64,000 bases of DNA from Candidatus Palauibacter sp. (GTDB lineage Bacteria; Gemmatimonadota; Gemmatimonadetes; Palauibacterales; Palauibacteraceae), in the NCBI RefSeq assembly GCF_965213655.1, contig NZ_CBDBZT010000003.1, forward strand, positions 2,637,389-2,701,388, given 5' to 3'. The notes under the pieces were generated by a model. The model was given only the letters and a program-made list of their open reading frames with translations. It did not search any database and was not told where the DNA came from. Shown in pieces: positions 56,701-64,000 of the stretch. The position numbers and the translations under genes were made by a program. Position 1 is the stretch's first letter. Each line of letters begins with the position of its first letter.

Positions 56701-57522
56701 CCGTCCCCCTCCGTCGTTCAGGTAGAGCCGGTCGGGCTCCGCGAGTTCGAGCCGGGGGACCATCCCCTCCTGGACCTCGCCGAGCGTGTAGTGTTCCCGC
56801 CACTCGGGGAGAAGCTCGAACCCGTCCTCCGTCTGCCGGTAGATATTGCTCGGCTGGAGGACTTCGGGCGGGAAGAGATCCTGCACCGTCGCGACCTTGT
56901 TGTTCACCACGTACAGGTCGAGGTCCCCGTCCCCGTCGACGTCGGCGAGCGTCATCGACATGCTCCCGAGCGTCGAGGTGAGCCCGGCCGCCTCCGTCCC
57001 GTCCGTGAAGTGGCCCGTCCCGTCGTTCAGGTAGAGCGCGTTCGGTCCCCCGAGCGCGTTGACGAGCAGGTCCAGGTCTCCGTCACCGTCCACATCCGCG
57101 AACACGGCGCCCGTCGAGAAGCGGCCCGCCGCCGCGACCCCCGCCTCCTCGGCGATGTCCTCGAAGCGCCAGCCGCCCAGGTTCCGGTAGAGTCGATTCG
57201 GCCCGTCCATCCCCGCGAGGTAGAGATCGACGCGACCGTCGCCGTCCACGTCCCCCGCCGCGACGCCGGACCCGTTCAGGTAGTGGCTGTTGTCGATGTA
57301 CTGCTCTTCGGTGACCACGTTCTCGAACGAGATGCCGGTCTCCGAGGGGTCGAGGCGCTCGAACCCCGGCTCGTCCTCGCCCGAGACGCGAAGCTCGGCC
57401 CAGCGATACCCGTCCTCCTCGACCCAATCGAGCGCCCCCGACCCACACCCGCCCGAGACCGCCGCCGCCACGAGCAGCGTGACGCGAACGAGCGGTCCGG
57501 CGTCTTGATGAATGTCGGGCAT
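53773..57522 (-). CDS. CRTAC1-family FG-GAP/VCBS-repeat protein with ASPIC/UnbV domains (tandem duplicated architecture), lipoprotein
   Basis: Repeated DVDGDGDLDL(YV) FG-GAP calcium-binding motifs in two blocks; about 1249 aa; lipobox SGGCG. Confidence 0.85.
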   Translation of the reverse strand: MPDIHQDAGPLVRVTLLVAAAVSGGCGSGALDWVEEDGYRWAELRVSGEDEPGFERLDPSETGISFENVVTEEQYIDNSHYLNGSGVAAGDVDGDGRVDLYLAGMDGPNRLYRNLGGWRFEDIAEEAGVAAAGRFSTGAVFADVDGDGDLDLLVNALGGPNALYLNDGTGHFTDGTEAAGLTSTLGSMSMTLADVDGDGDLDLYVVNNKVATVQDLFPPEVLQPSNIYRQTEDGFELLPEWREHYTLGEVQEGMVPRLELAEPDRLYLNDGGGRFTPVPWTEGAFLDEEGRPLESEPLEWGLAARFQDMDGDGDPDLYVCNDFHSPDHIWINDGAGHFRMLAPLAMRSTSFASMGVDFSDVDRDGFTDFFVVEMLSREQRLRMKQMVGGEADPQFAGRLDNRPQKPRNTLYLSRGDGTFAETAQFAGLDASGWSWGSTFVDVDLDGYEDLLVGTGHFYDAMDKDAVQRVGSMDWRQRILGFPPLRLSNIAFRNRGDLTFEEVGEAWGFAGDEDITHGMAVADLDGDGDLDIVTNRLLAPAGVYRNVGRAPRVAVRLVGRGPNTAGVGARVRLSGGELPAQTKEVVAGGLYLSGSEPMASFAVDDGEATIEVVWRDGATSRVEGVRANRIYEIREPEAAAGAAAGAAAGATAGEAESEAPLFDDVSALLGHRHRENAFDDFAQQPLITWRLGQGGPGVAWGDIDGDGDTDALVGGGGGAGLSVFHNDGEGGFSPDRGARGGAAGPAPSPGDQTGLLIVPGRAGATVVVGTATYDGTDRAAPSAAVLSASGTTLTPAQSLPGAESSTGPLAAADYDGDGDVDLFVGGRVIPGQYPAAASSRLFLNESGRYVLDESNATALTDVGLVSGAVFSDVDADGDADLMLAVEWGPVRLFLNREGRFEDATAGFGLEARTGWWNGVTTGDLNGDGLPDLIASNRGLNSQFRASPEHPATAYHTDLDNDGFRDVIEARYDEFTRSMVPVRGLLTLAGGLPFLRNRIQGFEHYGQLGVNEILEQPADLLPTVEATTLAHTVFINRGGSFEAFDLPREAQLAPAFHVGVADMDGDGHEDVFLSQNLFALRGEAERNDAGRGLWLRGDGTGALTPVPGQRSGITVYGEQRGAAFADYDGDGRVDVLVSQNGAGTRLYRNAGAKPGLRVRLLGSEENPAAIGAAIRLEYGGTRGPLREVRAGGGYWSQDDLVQVMGLAGDPASGPTAVWVRWPDGSETVTPLDAPTPLEVTIDAGGALVARR

Positions 57523-57652
57523 GCGCCTCGCGAAGGTTCGGGATGGGCTCGCTCCGGGTTCACGAGACACAACGAGCGAGTGGGCAGTATCATATCACCT
57601 GCCTGTGTCGCGGGAATGCGCGGCGCGCGCCGCCAACCGAAGGAGGATGTCC

Positions 57653-58240
57653 ATGAAACCGACCTTCATCGCCTCTCTCATCGTCGCCGGGGCCCTGGCC
57701 CCCGCGAGCCTGTTCGCGCAGATCCCTATCGACAACCCTCCCGTCATCGGTGAACTGACGCTGGCCCCCGTCTACACGGATCCGACCACCATCCGGGACG
57801 AGATCCTCGGCCACTTCCAGGGGTCGAGCTACAAGATCTCCGAACTCGCACGCGTCATGCCCGCGGAGAAGTTTTCGTGGGCGCCCGGTGAGGGAGTGAT
57901 GCAGGTGGGCGAGGTCTACATGCACATCGCGCGCTACAACTTCATGTACCTCGACCAGAACCTGGGCATCGCGCCCCCGAACGGATTCGACTACGCGGAC
58001 ATCGAGTCGATCCGCGACAAGGACAGGGTGCGCGAGATCCATGAGATGTCGGTCCGCCATGTCATGGAGCAGGTGGGCGCGCTGACCGCGGCTGAACTCG
58101 ACGGCGAGACGGAACTGTACGGCCGAACCGTGCAGGGCTGGGCCGTGCTCCTGCAACTCGTCTCGCACATGAACGAACACGTGGGCCAGTCCGTCTCCTA
58201 CGCCCGCATGAACGGCATCGTCCCTCCCTGGTCCCGCTGA
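57653..58240 (+). CDS. DinB/DinB_2 family protein, exported
   Basis: AAGGAGG SD; signal peptide; HMNEHVGQ conserved His motif. Confidence 0.7.
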   Translation: MKPTFIASLIVAGALAPASLFAQIPIDNPPVIGELTLAPVYTDPTTIRDEILGHFQGSSYKISELARVMPAEKFSWAPGEGVMQVGEVYMHIARYNFMYLDQNLGIAPPNGFDYADIESIRDKDRVREIHEMSVRHVMEQVGALTAAELDGETELYGRTVQGWAVLLQLVSHMNEHVGQSVSYARMNGIVPPWSR

Positions 58241-58289
58241 TGGTTTCGGCGGGGTCTCACGGGGGGACTGCATGGAGTAGCGGGGAGCC

Positions 58290-58784
58290 ATGATCGACGC
58301 GATCCGCCGAGGCGCGAGGGCGACCGTACTGATCGCCCTGTGGGCTGCGCTCGCCGATTGCGGCTACACGACGGACCCGGCCGAGATGCCCCTCGCGGGG
58401 AACTGGCTCGGCCATATCAGTCTCATCGATGGTGGCCTGGCCTGGCAGTTCCGGCTGCAGGAAGACGGGCAGGGCAACGTCTCTGGCACGGTCAGCCGAA
58501 CGGATTTCCGCCTCATCCCGCAACCGGTCGAGACCATATCTCCCGGAACCGTGACCGGGGTGCACGCCTTCTCGGAGATATCGTTGACTCTCGACTTCGG
58601 GGAATCCTCCGAGATCTATGAAGGCCGCTTCAGGTCCGAGGACCACATCCGGGGTCTCATACACCGGGGCACGGAAGTACGGAACATCGCCGCCCTGGAG
58701 ATCAGGCGGATTGCGCTGGGCTCGGATGTCGAAGCCCAGGGCGCCACAATCCCGGCCGCGACGGGTATCAGGGCGGGTAACTGA
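58290..58784 (+). CDS. Hypothetical lipoprotein
   Basis: Lipobox LADCG; GC3-rich. Confidence 0.45.
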   Translation: MIDAIRRGARATVLIALWAALADCGYTTDPAEMPLAGNWLGHISLIDGGLAWQFRLQEDGQGNVSGTVSRTDFRLIPQPVETISPGTVTGVHAFSEISLTLDFGESSEIYEGRFRSEDHIRGLIHRGTEVRNIAALEIRRIALGSDVEAQGATIPAATGIRAGN

Positions 58785-58815
58785 ACCGCGACCCACACGG
58801 ATCGGGTTGCCCAAG

Positions 58816-60273
58816 ATGGACCGATCTCGACGTTCCAATCAGCTGATCCTCGTCACCGGGGCGAGCGGCTATGTCGGCGGCCGTCTCGTCCCGGCGCTCG
58901 AAGATCGTGGCGCGAGGATCCGTTGTCTCGCCCGTAACCCGAGCTTTCTCGCCAACCGGTTCTCGAACCGGACGGAGGTCGTCGCGGGCGATGTGCTGGA
59001 TCCGGATTCCCTTACCGCGGCTCTCGCAGGGGTAGACACCGCCTACTACCTCGTCCACTCGATGGGATCGAGGGCCGACTTCGAGGAGCAGGACCGCCTC
59101 GGCGCCCGCAATTTCGCCCGCGCTGCGCGAGAGCGGGGCGTGCGTCGGATGATCTATCTCGGCGGGCTGATCGGCGACGGCGAGTTGTCGCCCCACCTCG
59201 CAAGCCGCCTCGAGGTCGGCCGCATCCTGGCGTCCGAAGGGCCGCCCACGCTGGAGTTCCGCGCCTCCATCATCATCGGATCGGGGTCGCTCTCCTTCGA
59301 ACTGCTGCGGAGTCTCGTCAACAAGCTGCCGGCCATGGTCACGCCGCGCTGGGTGCGGACGCCGGCCCAACCCATCGCGATCGATGATGTCGTGGCCTAC
59401 CTGACCCACGGACTCGATCTCGACGAGGAGGGCAGCGCCGTGTTCGAGATCGGCGGGCCCCGGCAAGTCACCTACGGCGAGTTGATGCGCGAGTACGCCC
59501 GCCAGATCGGTGTCCGGCGCGTTATGATTCCGGTCCCCCTCCTCAGCCCCCGGCTCTCGAGTCTGTGGCTCGGCCTGGTGACGCCCGTGTACGCGCGCGT
59601 GGGCCGGAAGCTGGTGACCAGCCTCCGCAACGAAACGGTCGTCCGCGACGCGGGGGCTCTGAAGCGCTTCCCGGTCCGTCCCCTTGGGGTGGGCGAGGCG
59701 ATCGCCCGCGCGCTGCGCGAGGAAGACCGGGAGATGTCCCGGACGCGCTGGAGCGACGCCGTGTCCTCGAGCGGCAGGGGACCGCTCTGGGGAGGAAAAC
59801 GCTTCGGTTCCCGCATCGTCGACCGGCAACAGGCCGTGGTCCGGGCCGAACCGGCCCGCGCGTTTGCTCCGATCCAGCGGATCGGCGGGTCCCGCGGCTG
59901 GTACTTCGCGAACTGGCTGTGGGCACTGCGGGGCGCCGCGGACCTGCTCGTGGGCGGCGTCGGAATGCGGCGCGGCCGACGGCATCCGGTCGACGTGCGG
60001 CCGGGAGACCCACTCGACTTCTGGCGCGTCGAAGCGTTCGAGCCCGGCCGCCTCCTGCGCCTGCAGGCCGAAATGAAGGTGCCCGGCCGCGCCTGGCTCC
60101 AGTTCGAGGTGGAGCCCGCGGAGGAGGGAAGCCGAGTCACGCAAACAGCGGTCTTCGACCCCCTCGGGCTGGGCGGACTGCTCTACTGGTACGGCCTCTA
60201 CCCCGTCCACTGGCTCATCTTCCGCGGCATGCTCCGTGGCATCAGCCGGCGGGCCGATTCGCGGCGCCCTTAG
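58816..60273 (+). CDS. NAD(P)-binding SDR-family (atypical) protein fused to a DUF2867-like C-terminal domain
   Basis: LILVTGASGYVGGRLV Rossmann motif; C-terminal domain typical of the SDR-DUF2867 fusions. Confidence 0.7.
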   Translation: MDRSRRSNQLILVTGASGYVGGRLVPALEDRGARIRCLARNPSFLANRFSNRTEVVAGDVLDPDSLTAALAGVDTAYYLVHSMGSRADFEEQDRLGARNFARAARERGVRRMIYLGGLIGDGELSPHLASRLEVGRILASEGPPTLEFRASIIIGSGSLSFELLRSLVNKLPAMVTPRWVRTPAQPIAIDDVVAYLTHGLDLDEEGSAVFEIGGPRQVTYGELMREYARQIGVRRVMIPVPLLSPRLSSLWLGLVTPVYARVGRKLVTSLRNETVVRDAGALKRFPVRPLGVGEAIARALREEDREMSRTRWSDAVSSSGRGPLWGGKRFGSRIVDRQQAVVRAEPARAFAPIQRIGGSRGWYFANWLWALRGAADLLVGGVGMRRGRRHPVDVRPGDPLDFWRVEAFEPGRLLRLQAEMKVPGRAWLQFEVEPAEEGSRVTQTAVFDPLGLGGLLYWYGLYPVHWLIFRGMLRGISRRADSRRP

Positions 60274-60281
60274 GTCCTTAT

Positions 60282-60318
60282 CTTGCAATCAGCCGACGCT
60301 GAAACTTGCAATCAGCCG
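60282..60318 (+). promoter_or_regulatory. 14-nt direct repeat CTTGCAATCAGCCG x2 (23-nt period) upstream of the hypothetical gene at 60347, followed by a CCGGAGTCTCCT motif
   Basis: tatCTTGCAATCAGCCGacgctgaaaCTTGCAATCAGCCGctaCCGGAGTCTCCTg. Confidence 0.5.
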
Positions 60319-60346
60319 CTACCGGAGTCTCCTGCGAGGTCACTTC

Positions 60347-60706
60347 ATGTCCGAGTCCGAACAGCAGAAGCTGGACATCATGGCGCTGATCGCCCGCGCA
60401 CCGTGGCGAGAAGCGGTGACGTTTCGCGACACGTGGCCTCACGAGTACGTCGTCAGCAAGAAGCACGGGCAGCAGGAACTCCTCGCTGCCTTCTGCGAAC
60501 GGATCGGGCGGGGCGAGGGCGTTACGTGTCATTTCTTCCATCAGACACGCCAGTACCTGTTCCTCGGCGAATACAAGTACTGGACGATGACGGAGTGCGC
60601 GGACATCGATCCGGACGGTGACTACGTCCTGAACCGCGCTCTTCTCTACCGGGACCGCCGCGATTTCGCGATCCGGCACGGCGATACGGGCAAGCGGGAT
60701 GACTGA
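60347..60706 (+). CDS. Hypothetical protein (119 aa)
   Basis: GC3-rich; conserved-looking Cys/His (FCERIGRGEGVTCHFFHQ). Confidence 0.5.
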   Translation: MSESEQQKLDIMALIARAPWREAVTFRDTWPHEYVVSKKHGQQELLAAFCERIGRGEGVTCHFFHQTRQYLFLGEYKYWTMTECADIDPDGDYVLNRALLYRDRRDFAIRHGDTGKRDD

Positions 60707-60861
60707 GGCGGCTGCTACGGGAGCCGGGTAACCCCCCAGCCGTCGGTCACCGACGCTTCGGGTCGAGCGTGGTTCCCACCGTGGAGCGGACCTTGCAGGT
60801 TACTCTCCCCATCGGGCATTAACGCCCGCAGGCGGATTACACACTCACCCGGAGTCTCCTC

Positions 60862-61368
60862 ATGATTGCTCAACAGACCGTCATGCAGTTCGACCATATC
60901 GTTGCGGGTTGTCGTGCCATGCTGGAAGCCGTGCCCGACGGCCGCCTCGACTGGCGTCCGCACGACAAGTCGTGGACCTTGGGCGAGCTGGCGACCCACG
61001 TGGCGATGATTCCGAACTGGACCACGCCGACGCTGACGATGTCCGAGTTCGACATCGACCCCGAGGGCGGCGGCCCGCCACAGAACCCCGTGCTCAAGTC
61101 TTCCGCCGAACTCGTCGCCGCCCTCGAGGAGAGCGCGGCGGGAGCCCGCGAGACAATTGAAGCGACCTCGGACGAGACCTTCGCGAGTTCGTGGACGATG
61201 AAGGTCGGTGGCGAGGATCGCTTCTCGATGCCCAAGGCGGTCGTGATGCGGAGCTTCATCCTCGACCACCTGATCCACCACCGGGCACAACTGGGCGTCT
61301 ATCTGCGGCTCTTGGATGTGCCGGTGCCGCAGATGTTCGGGCCCACCGCGGACTATCCGGATATGTGA
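60862..61368 (+). CDS. DinB family protein (DinB_2)
   Basis: HVAMIPNW ... LDHLIHHRAQL conserved His triad pattern; same CCGGAGTCTCCT motif immediately upstream of the ATG. Confidence 0.75.
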   Translation: MIAQQTVMQFDHIVAGCRAMLEAVPDGRLDWRPHDKSWTLGELATHVAMIPNWTTPTLTMSEFDIDPEGGGPPQNPVLKSSAELVAALEESAAGARETIEATSDETFASSWTMKVGGEDRFSMPKAVVMRSFILDHLIHHRAQLGVYLRLLDVPVPQMFGPTADYPDM

Positions 61369-61414
61369 CGGAGGAAGCGAAGGGGGGAGCGCGTCGCGAA
61401 GGGGCGGCGCCGCG

Positions 61415-61771
61415 TCAGTCCAGGAGCTTCAGCCAACCCTGCAGTTCACTGGCCTTGTAGGCCTGGCGGCTGATCGATTCGCGGTTGACGTCGTTGAGTT
61501 CGGTGGGCCCCCGGTCGCGGATCGCCCCCGCCTCGTCGGCGGTGGTGTAGGCCTCTTCGGCTCTCTTCACGGCTTCAACGAAGTCCCCGGCCGCGCGGTG
61601 CACGAGGGCGGCGGCATCCGCCTTCGCCTCCCGGACCGTGTCCAGCCGCTCCTCGGCCCTCTTCACCGCGAGGGTGGCGTGCGCCAGCGCCCGGTACGCC
61701 GCGTCGTACACCTCTTCCTTCGACATCGCCTTCTTGTAGGCGTCGAGAGCCCTCTTCGCCGGATCCTTCAT
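61415..61771 (-). CDS. Hypothetical alpha-helical protein (118 aa)
   Basis: GC3-rich; ORF-track N-terminal extension to 61855 was not used. Confidence 0.45.
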   Translation of the reverse strand: MKDPAKRALDAYKKAMSKEEVYDAAYRALAHATLAVKRAEERLDTVREAKADAAALVHRAAGDFVEAVKRAEEAYTTADEAGAIRDRGPTELNDVNRESISRQAYKASELQGWLKLLD

Positions 61772-61868
61772 CTCGCGTCCCTCATGGACTGGGTCCGCGT
61801 GCCACCGCACGCCCATGGGAAGATAGCGCGCAGGCTCGGCCGGCGAACACCTCACGCGGGGAAGTTTG

Positions 61869-62996
61869 CTAGGGGAAGCGGCTGCGATCGATGCCGGGGA
61901 TGATCCGGAGTGCGTTTTCGAAGTACACCTTGCGCAGGACCTCCTCGGGGAGGTCGAGGCCGTACATGCGCCAAAACGCGTGGTACTTCCGGTAGTAGGG
62001 GAAGTACTCGTCCGCGGTCTCGAGCACGCGAAAATAGGTCGGATACTCGTCCGGCGCCCAGGAATCCTTCCCCATCAGGATCCGGTCCTGGTACTCGATG
62101 AAGAACTCGCGGGCGAAGCGCGGCTGTCGGCCCGGCTCGTAGATCACCGCCCCCAGCCCGACGTTCATGTTGGGGATCTCGTCCAGGATGCGGCCGAGGC
62201 GGCCGAGATCATGGCCGAGCCACGCGAGGTGCGCGGCGATGAACGTCGTCTCCGGGTGCCGACGGAACATGGTCAACTGTTCGCCCAGCACCTGCTCGAA
62301 CGAGGGCGGGCCGACCTGCCGGCGCCGGGGCCGCAGGCGAAGCTCGAGCCAGCGCTCGTTGCGCTCGTCCATTGGTTCCCAGAACGGCGACGGGTCCCCC
62401 GAGTGGATGAGGACGGGGATCCCGAGTTCGCCCGCCTTGGCCCAGATCGGGTCGAGACGGGGGTCGTCCACCGGGACGCGCTGGCCGGCCGCGTCGGTGA
62501 TCCACAGCCCGAGGCTCTTGAAGATCTTGAGGCCGCGGGCGCCGGCTGCGACATCGGCCTCGAGGCGGGCCGCCGCGAGCGAGCCGAACTCGGGGTCTTC
62601 GATGTCACCGAAATCGACGTTCGCGAACACGGCGAAACGTCCGGGATACGCCGCCTCGAAGGCTTCGATCTGTCGCGCGAGCTGCGTTCCGGTCCCCCCG
62701 CTCAGGTTCACGCCGACCGCGAGATTGAGCGCGTCCATGTCGCGGACGAGCTGGTCCATTTGCGCCCGCGGCATCAGCCCATTGAGGTGCAGGTGGACAT
62801 CCACGAAGGGGAAGGCGGCACTCGATACCGGATGCTCGGGGACGACGAGGGTCGAACGGGGGTCGTACGCCTCGACGGTCATCGGGGCGGACGTGTCGGG
62901 CGGTACGGACGGTGGCCCGCGCCGCACCTGCGCATCGAGAGGCCAAACGCTCCCGAGCATGATCACCATGGCCGCCGCTGTCTGCGTTCGCGTCAT
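61869..62996 (-). CDS. Amidohydrolase-2 (TIM-barrel metal-dependent hydrolase) family protein, exported
   Basis: Signal peptide; HLHLNG ... HSGDP ... metal-ligand pattern of the amidohydrolase_2 family. Confidence 0.7.
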   Translation of the reverse strand: MTRTQTAAAMVIMLGSVWPLDAQVRRGPPSVPPDTSAPMTVEAYDPRSTLVVPEHPVSSAAFPFVDVHLHLNGLMPRAQMDQLVRDMDALNLAVGVNLSGGTGTQLARQIEAFEAAYPGRFAVFANVDFGDIEDPEFGSLAAARLEADVAAGARGLKIFKSLGLWITDAAGQRVPVDDPRLDPIWAKAGELGIPVLIHSGDPSPFWEPMDERNERWLELRLRPRRRQVGPPSFEQVLGEQLTMFRRHPETTFIAAHLAWLGHDLGRLGRILDEIPNMNVGLGAVIYEPGRQPRFAREFFIEYQDRILMGKDSWAPDEYPTYFRVLETADEYFPYYRKYHAFWRMYGLDLPEEVLRKVYFENALRIIPGIDRSRFP

Positions 62997-63009
62997 CCCC
63001 TGGCCTCCC

Positions 63010-63768
63010 TCACCCCCTGAAGTGCGCGGCGATCCGGTCCGCCAGCGCGGTGATCATCTTCTCTCCCAACTCCGCCGTAGCCCCCCGCGCATCGCCAAGG
63101 ATACCGTTCGGCGTGACGCTTCTGAAGCCCTCGCTGAGCACGCGGCGGATGAGTTCCGGCTCCTCGCTCGGTGTCGTCAGCTGGCCGCACGCGGCGAGTT
63201 CCTCGCGCACAAGACCGTCGTGCATCGCCATCATGATCGAGGTCTCCGCGATGTCGGCGTGCCCGCCCACGCGGTAGCCCAGACCGGCCTCCGCCTCGGC
63301 GATCTCGCGCCACGTCCCGATTACCTCGATCAGGTCCGCGTAGACATCAACTGAACAGTCGGGCCCCGCCGCTTCGTTGAAGGCGTCCCGCGCCTCGGCG
63401 AGCGGGGCGAAGTTGCCGCCGTGCGAGGGGACGAAGCAGACCCGCCGGAAGCCGTGGTGCGCGAGGCTCAGGCAGTAGTCGCGGCAGACGGCGAGGAAGG
63501 TGTCCTTACCGAGGGAGACGGTGCCGGGGAACGCCAGGTGATGGTCCGACCAGCCGATGCGGATCGTGGGGGCGACGAGCGCGTCCCCGAGCCGCCTGGC
63601 GATCTCGACCGCCAGCCGGTCGCCGTGCTCGGAGTCCATGAACAGAGGCAGGTGAGGTCCGTGTTGCTCCACCGCGCCCGCCGCGACGACGACGGTGGTG
63701 ACCCCGGCCTCGATCGCCGCTCCGATCTCGGGCGAGGTCATCCGTTCCATCCGTATTTCGACCGACAT
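63010..63768 (-). CDS. Creatininase (creatinine amidohydrolase) family protein
   Basis: VEQHGPHLP, HGGN, GGHADIAETS family motifs. Confidence 0.8.
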   Translation of the reverse strand: MSVEIRMERMTSPEIGAAIEAGVTTVVVAAGAVEQHGPHLPLFMDSEHGDRLAVEIARRLGDALVAPTIRIGWSDHHLAFPGTVSLGKDTFLAVCRDYCLSLAHHGFRRVCFVPSHGGNFAPLAEARDAFNEAAGPDCSVDVYADLIEVIGTWREIAEAEAGLGYRVGGHADIAETSIMMAMHDGLVREELAACGQLTTPSEEPELIRRVLSEGFRSVTPNGILGDARGATAELGEKMITALADRIAAHFRG

Positions 63769-64000
63769 GGGTGTCGCTCCGGCTCGCTGGGCTGGAAGGC
63801 GGGGGGGCAGGTCCCGCAACCTGTCGCGAGCCGAAGATCCGCCTACCGGAGCGAGGGCGCTACCCTGAAGACGAGGCTCGTGCGGCGGGCCTTACGTGCG
63901 GCTACTCAAACGCGACTCACGCCCGCCCGGTCGTGGAGTTCGACAGAACACTCGTCGGGTCCACCCATGTGCAGCCAGGCCCCCATCGCGAGTCCCCGGA

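Noticed and set aside
1-64000. Search for tRNA/rRNA genes, CRISPR arrays, transposases/integrases or prophage genes
   Set aside because: No GTTCGAATC-type T-arm or cloverleaf candidates in intergenic gaps. No spacer-repeat arrays. No recombinase-like ORFs. Intergenic regions are short, apart from the regulatory regions described.

Overview
This is a GC-rich (roughly two-thirds G+C by eye) bacterial chromosomal segment with dense coding on both strands. I found no rRNA, tRNA, CRISPR array, transposase or integrase. Gene content is dominated by housekeeping genes and exported hydrolases.

Main content, in order:
- 5' end: the C-terminus of an ECF sigma factor, a ZAS-type anti-sigma factor (H-x3-C-x2-C), a PDZ-domain exported protein, a Cys/His-rich small protein and a Met/His-rich outer-membrane beta-barrel. 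I read these as a possible metal/envelope-stress module.
- icd, followed by a run of exported hydrolases: M16 peptidase (two copies), S9 prolyl-oligopeptidase-family peptidase, M20 enzymes (two copies), M28 peptidase and an S1-like serine protease. A eukaryote-type ERG4/ERG24 sterol-reductase homologue sits among them.
- On the minus strand, a complete suf operon (sufC-sufB-sufD-Rieske-sufS-sufU), then rsgA, a Nudix hydrolase and an OsmC-family gene.
- Further along: glpD, a zinc-type alcohol dehydrogenase, a TonB-dependent receptor, a PQQ quinohemoprotein alcohol dehydrogenase, a sodium:solute symporter with its small subunit, a CRTAC1/ASPIC FG-GAP giant protein, DinB-family proteins, amidohydrolases and a creatininase.

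The most notable observations:
- The OsmC-family gene carries an in-frame TGA exactly where the conserved peroxidatic cysteine should be, and a GC-rich hairpin lies just downstream. This is a candidate selenoprotein; pseudogene or sequencing error are the alternatives.
- The second M16 peptidase is interrupted by a single in-frame TAG.
- A short stand-alone paralogue of the S1 protease's N-terminal pro-region sits immediately upstream of that protease, with a strong ribosome-binding site.
- An AT-rich island with a tandem 12-mer holds a GC3-rich 48-codon ORF with a strong Shine-Dalgarno. It is hidden inside a longer ORF-track reading frame whose tail does not look coding.
- Several intergenic direct repeats and palindromic operator-like sites.

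Many long ORFs antisense to the genes called below are GC-driven shadow ORFs and were not called.
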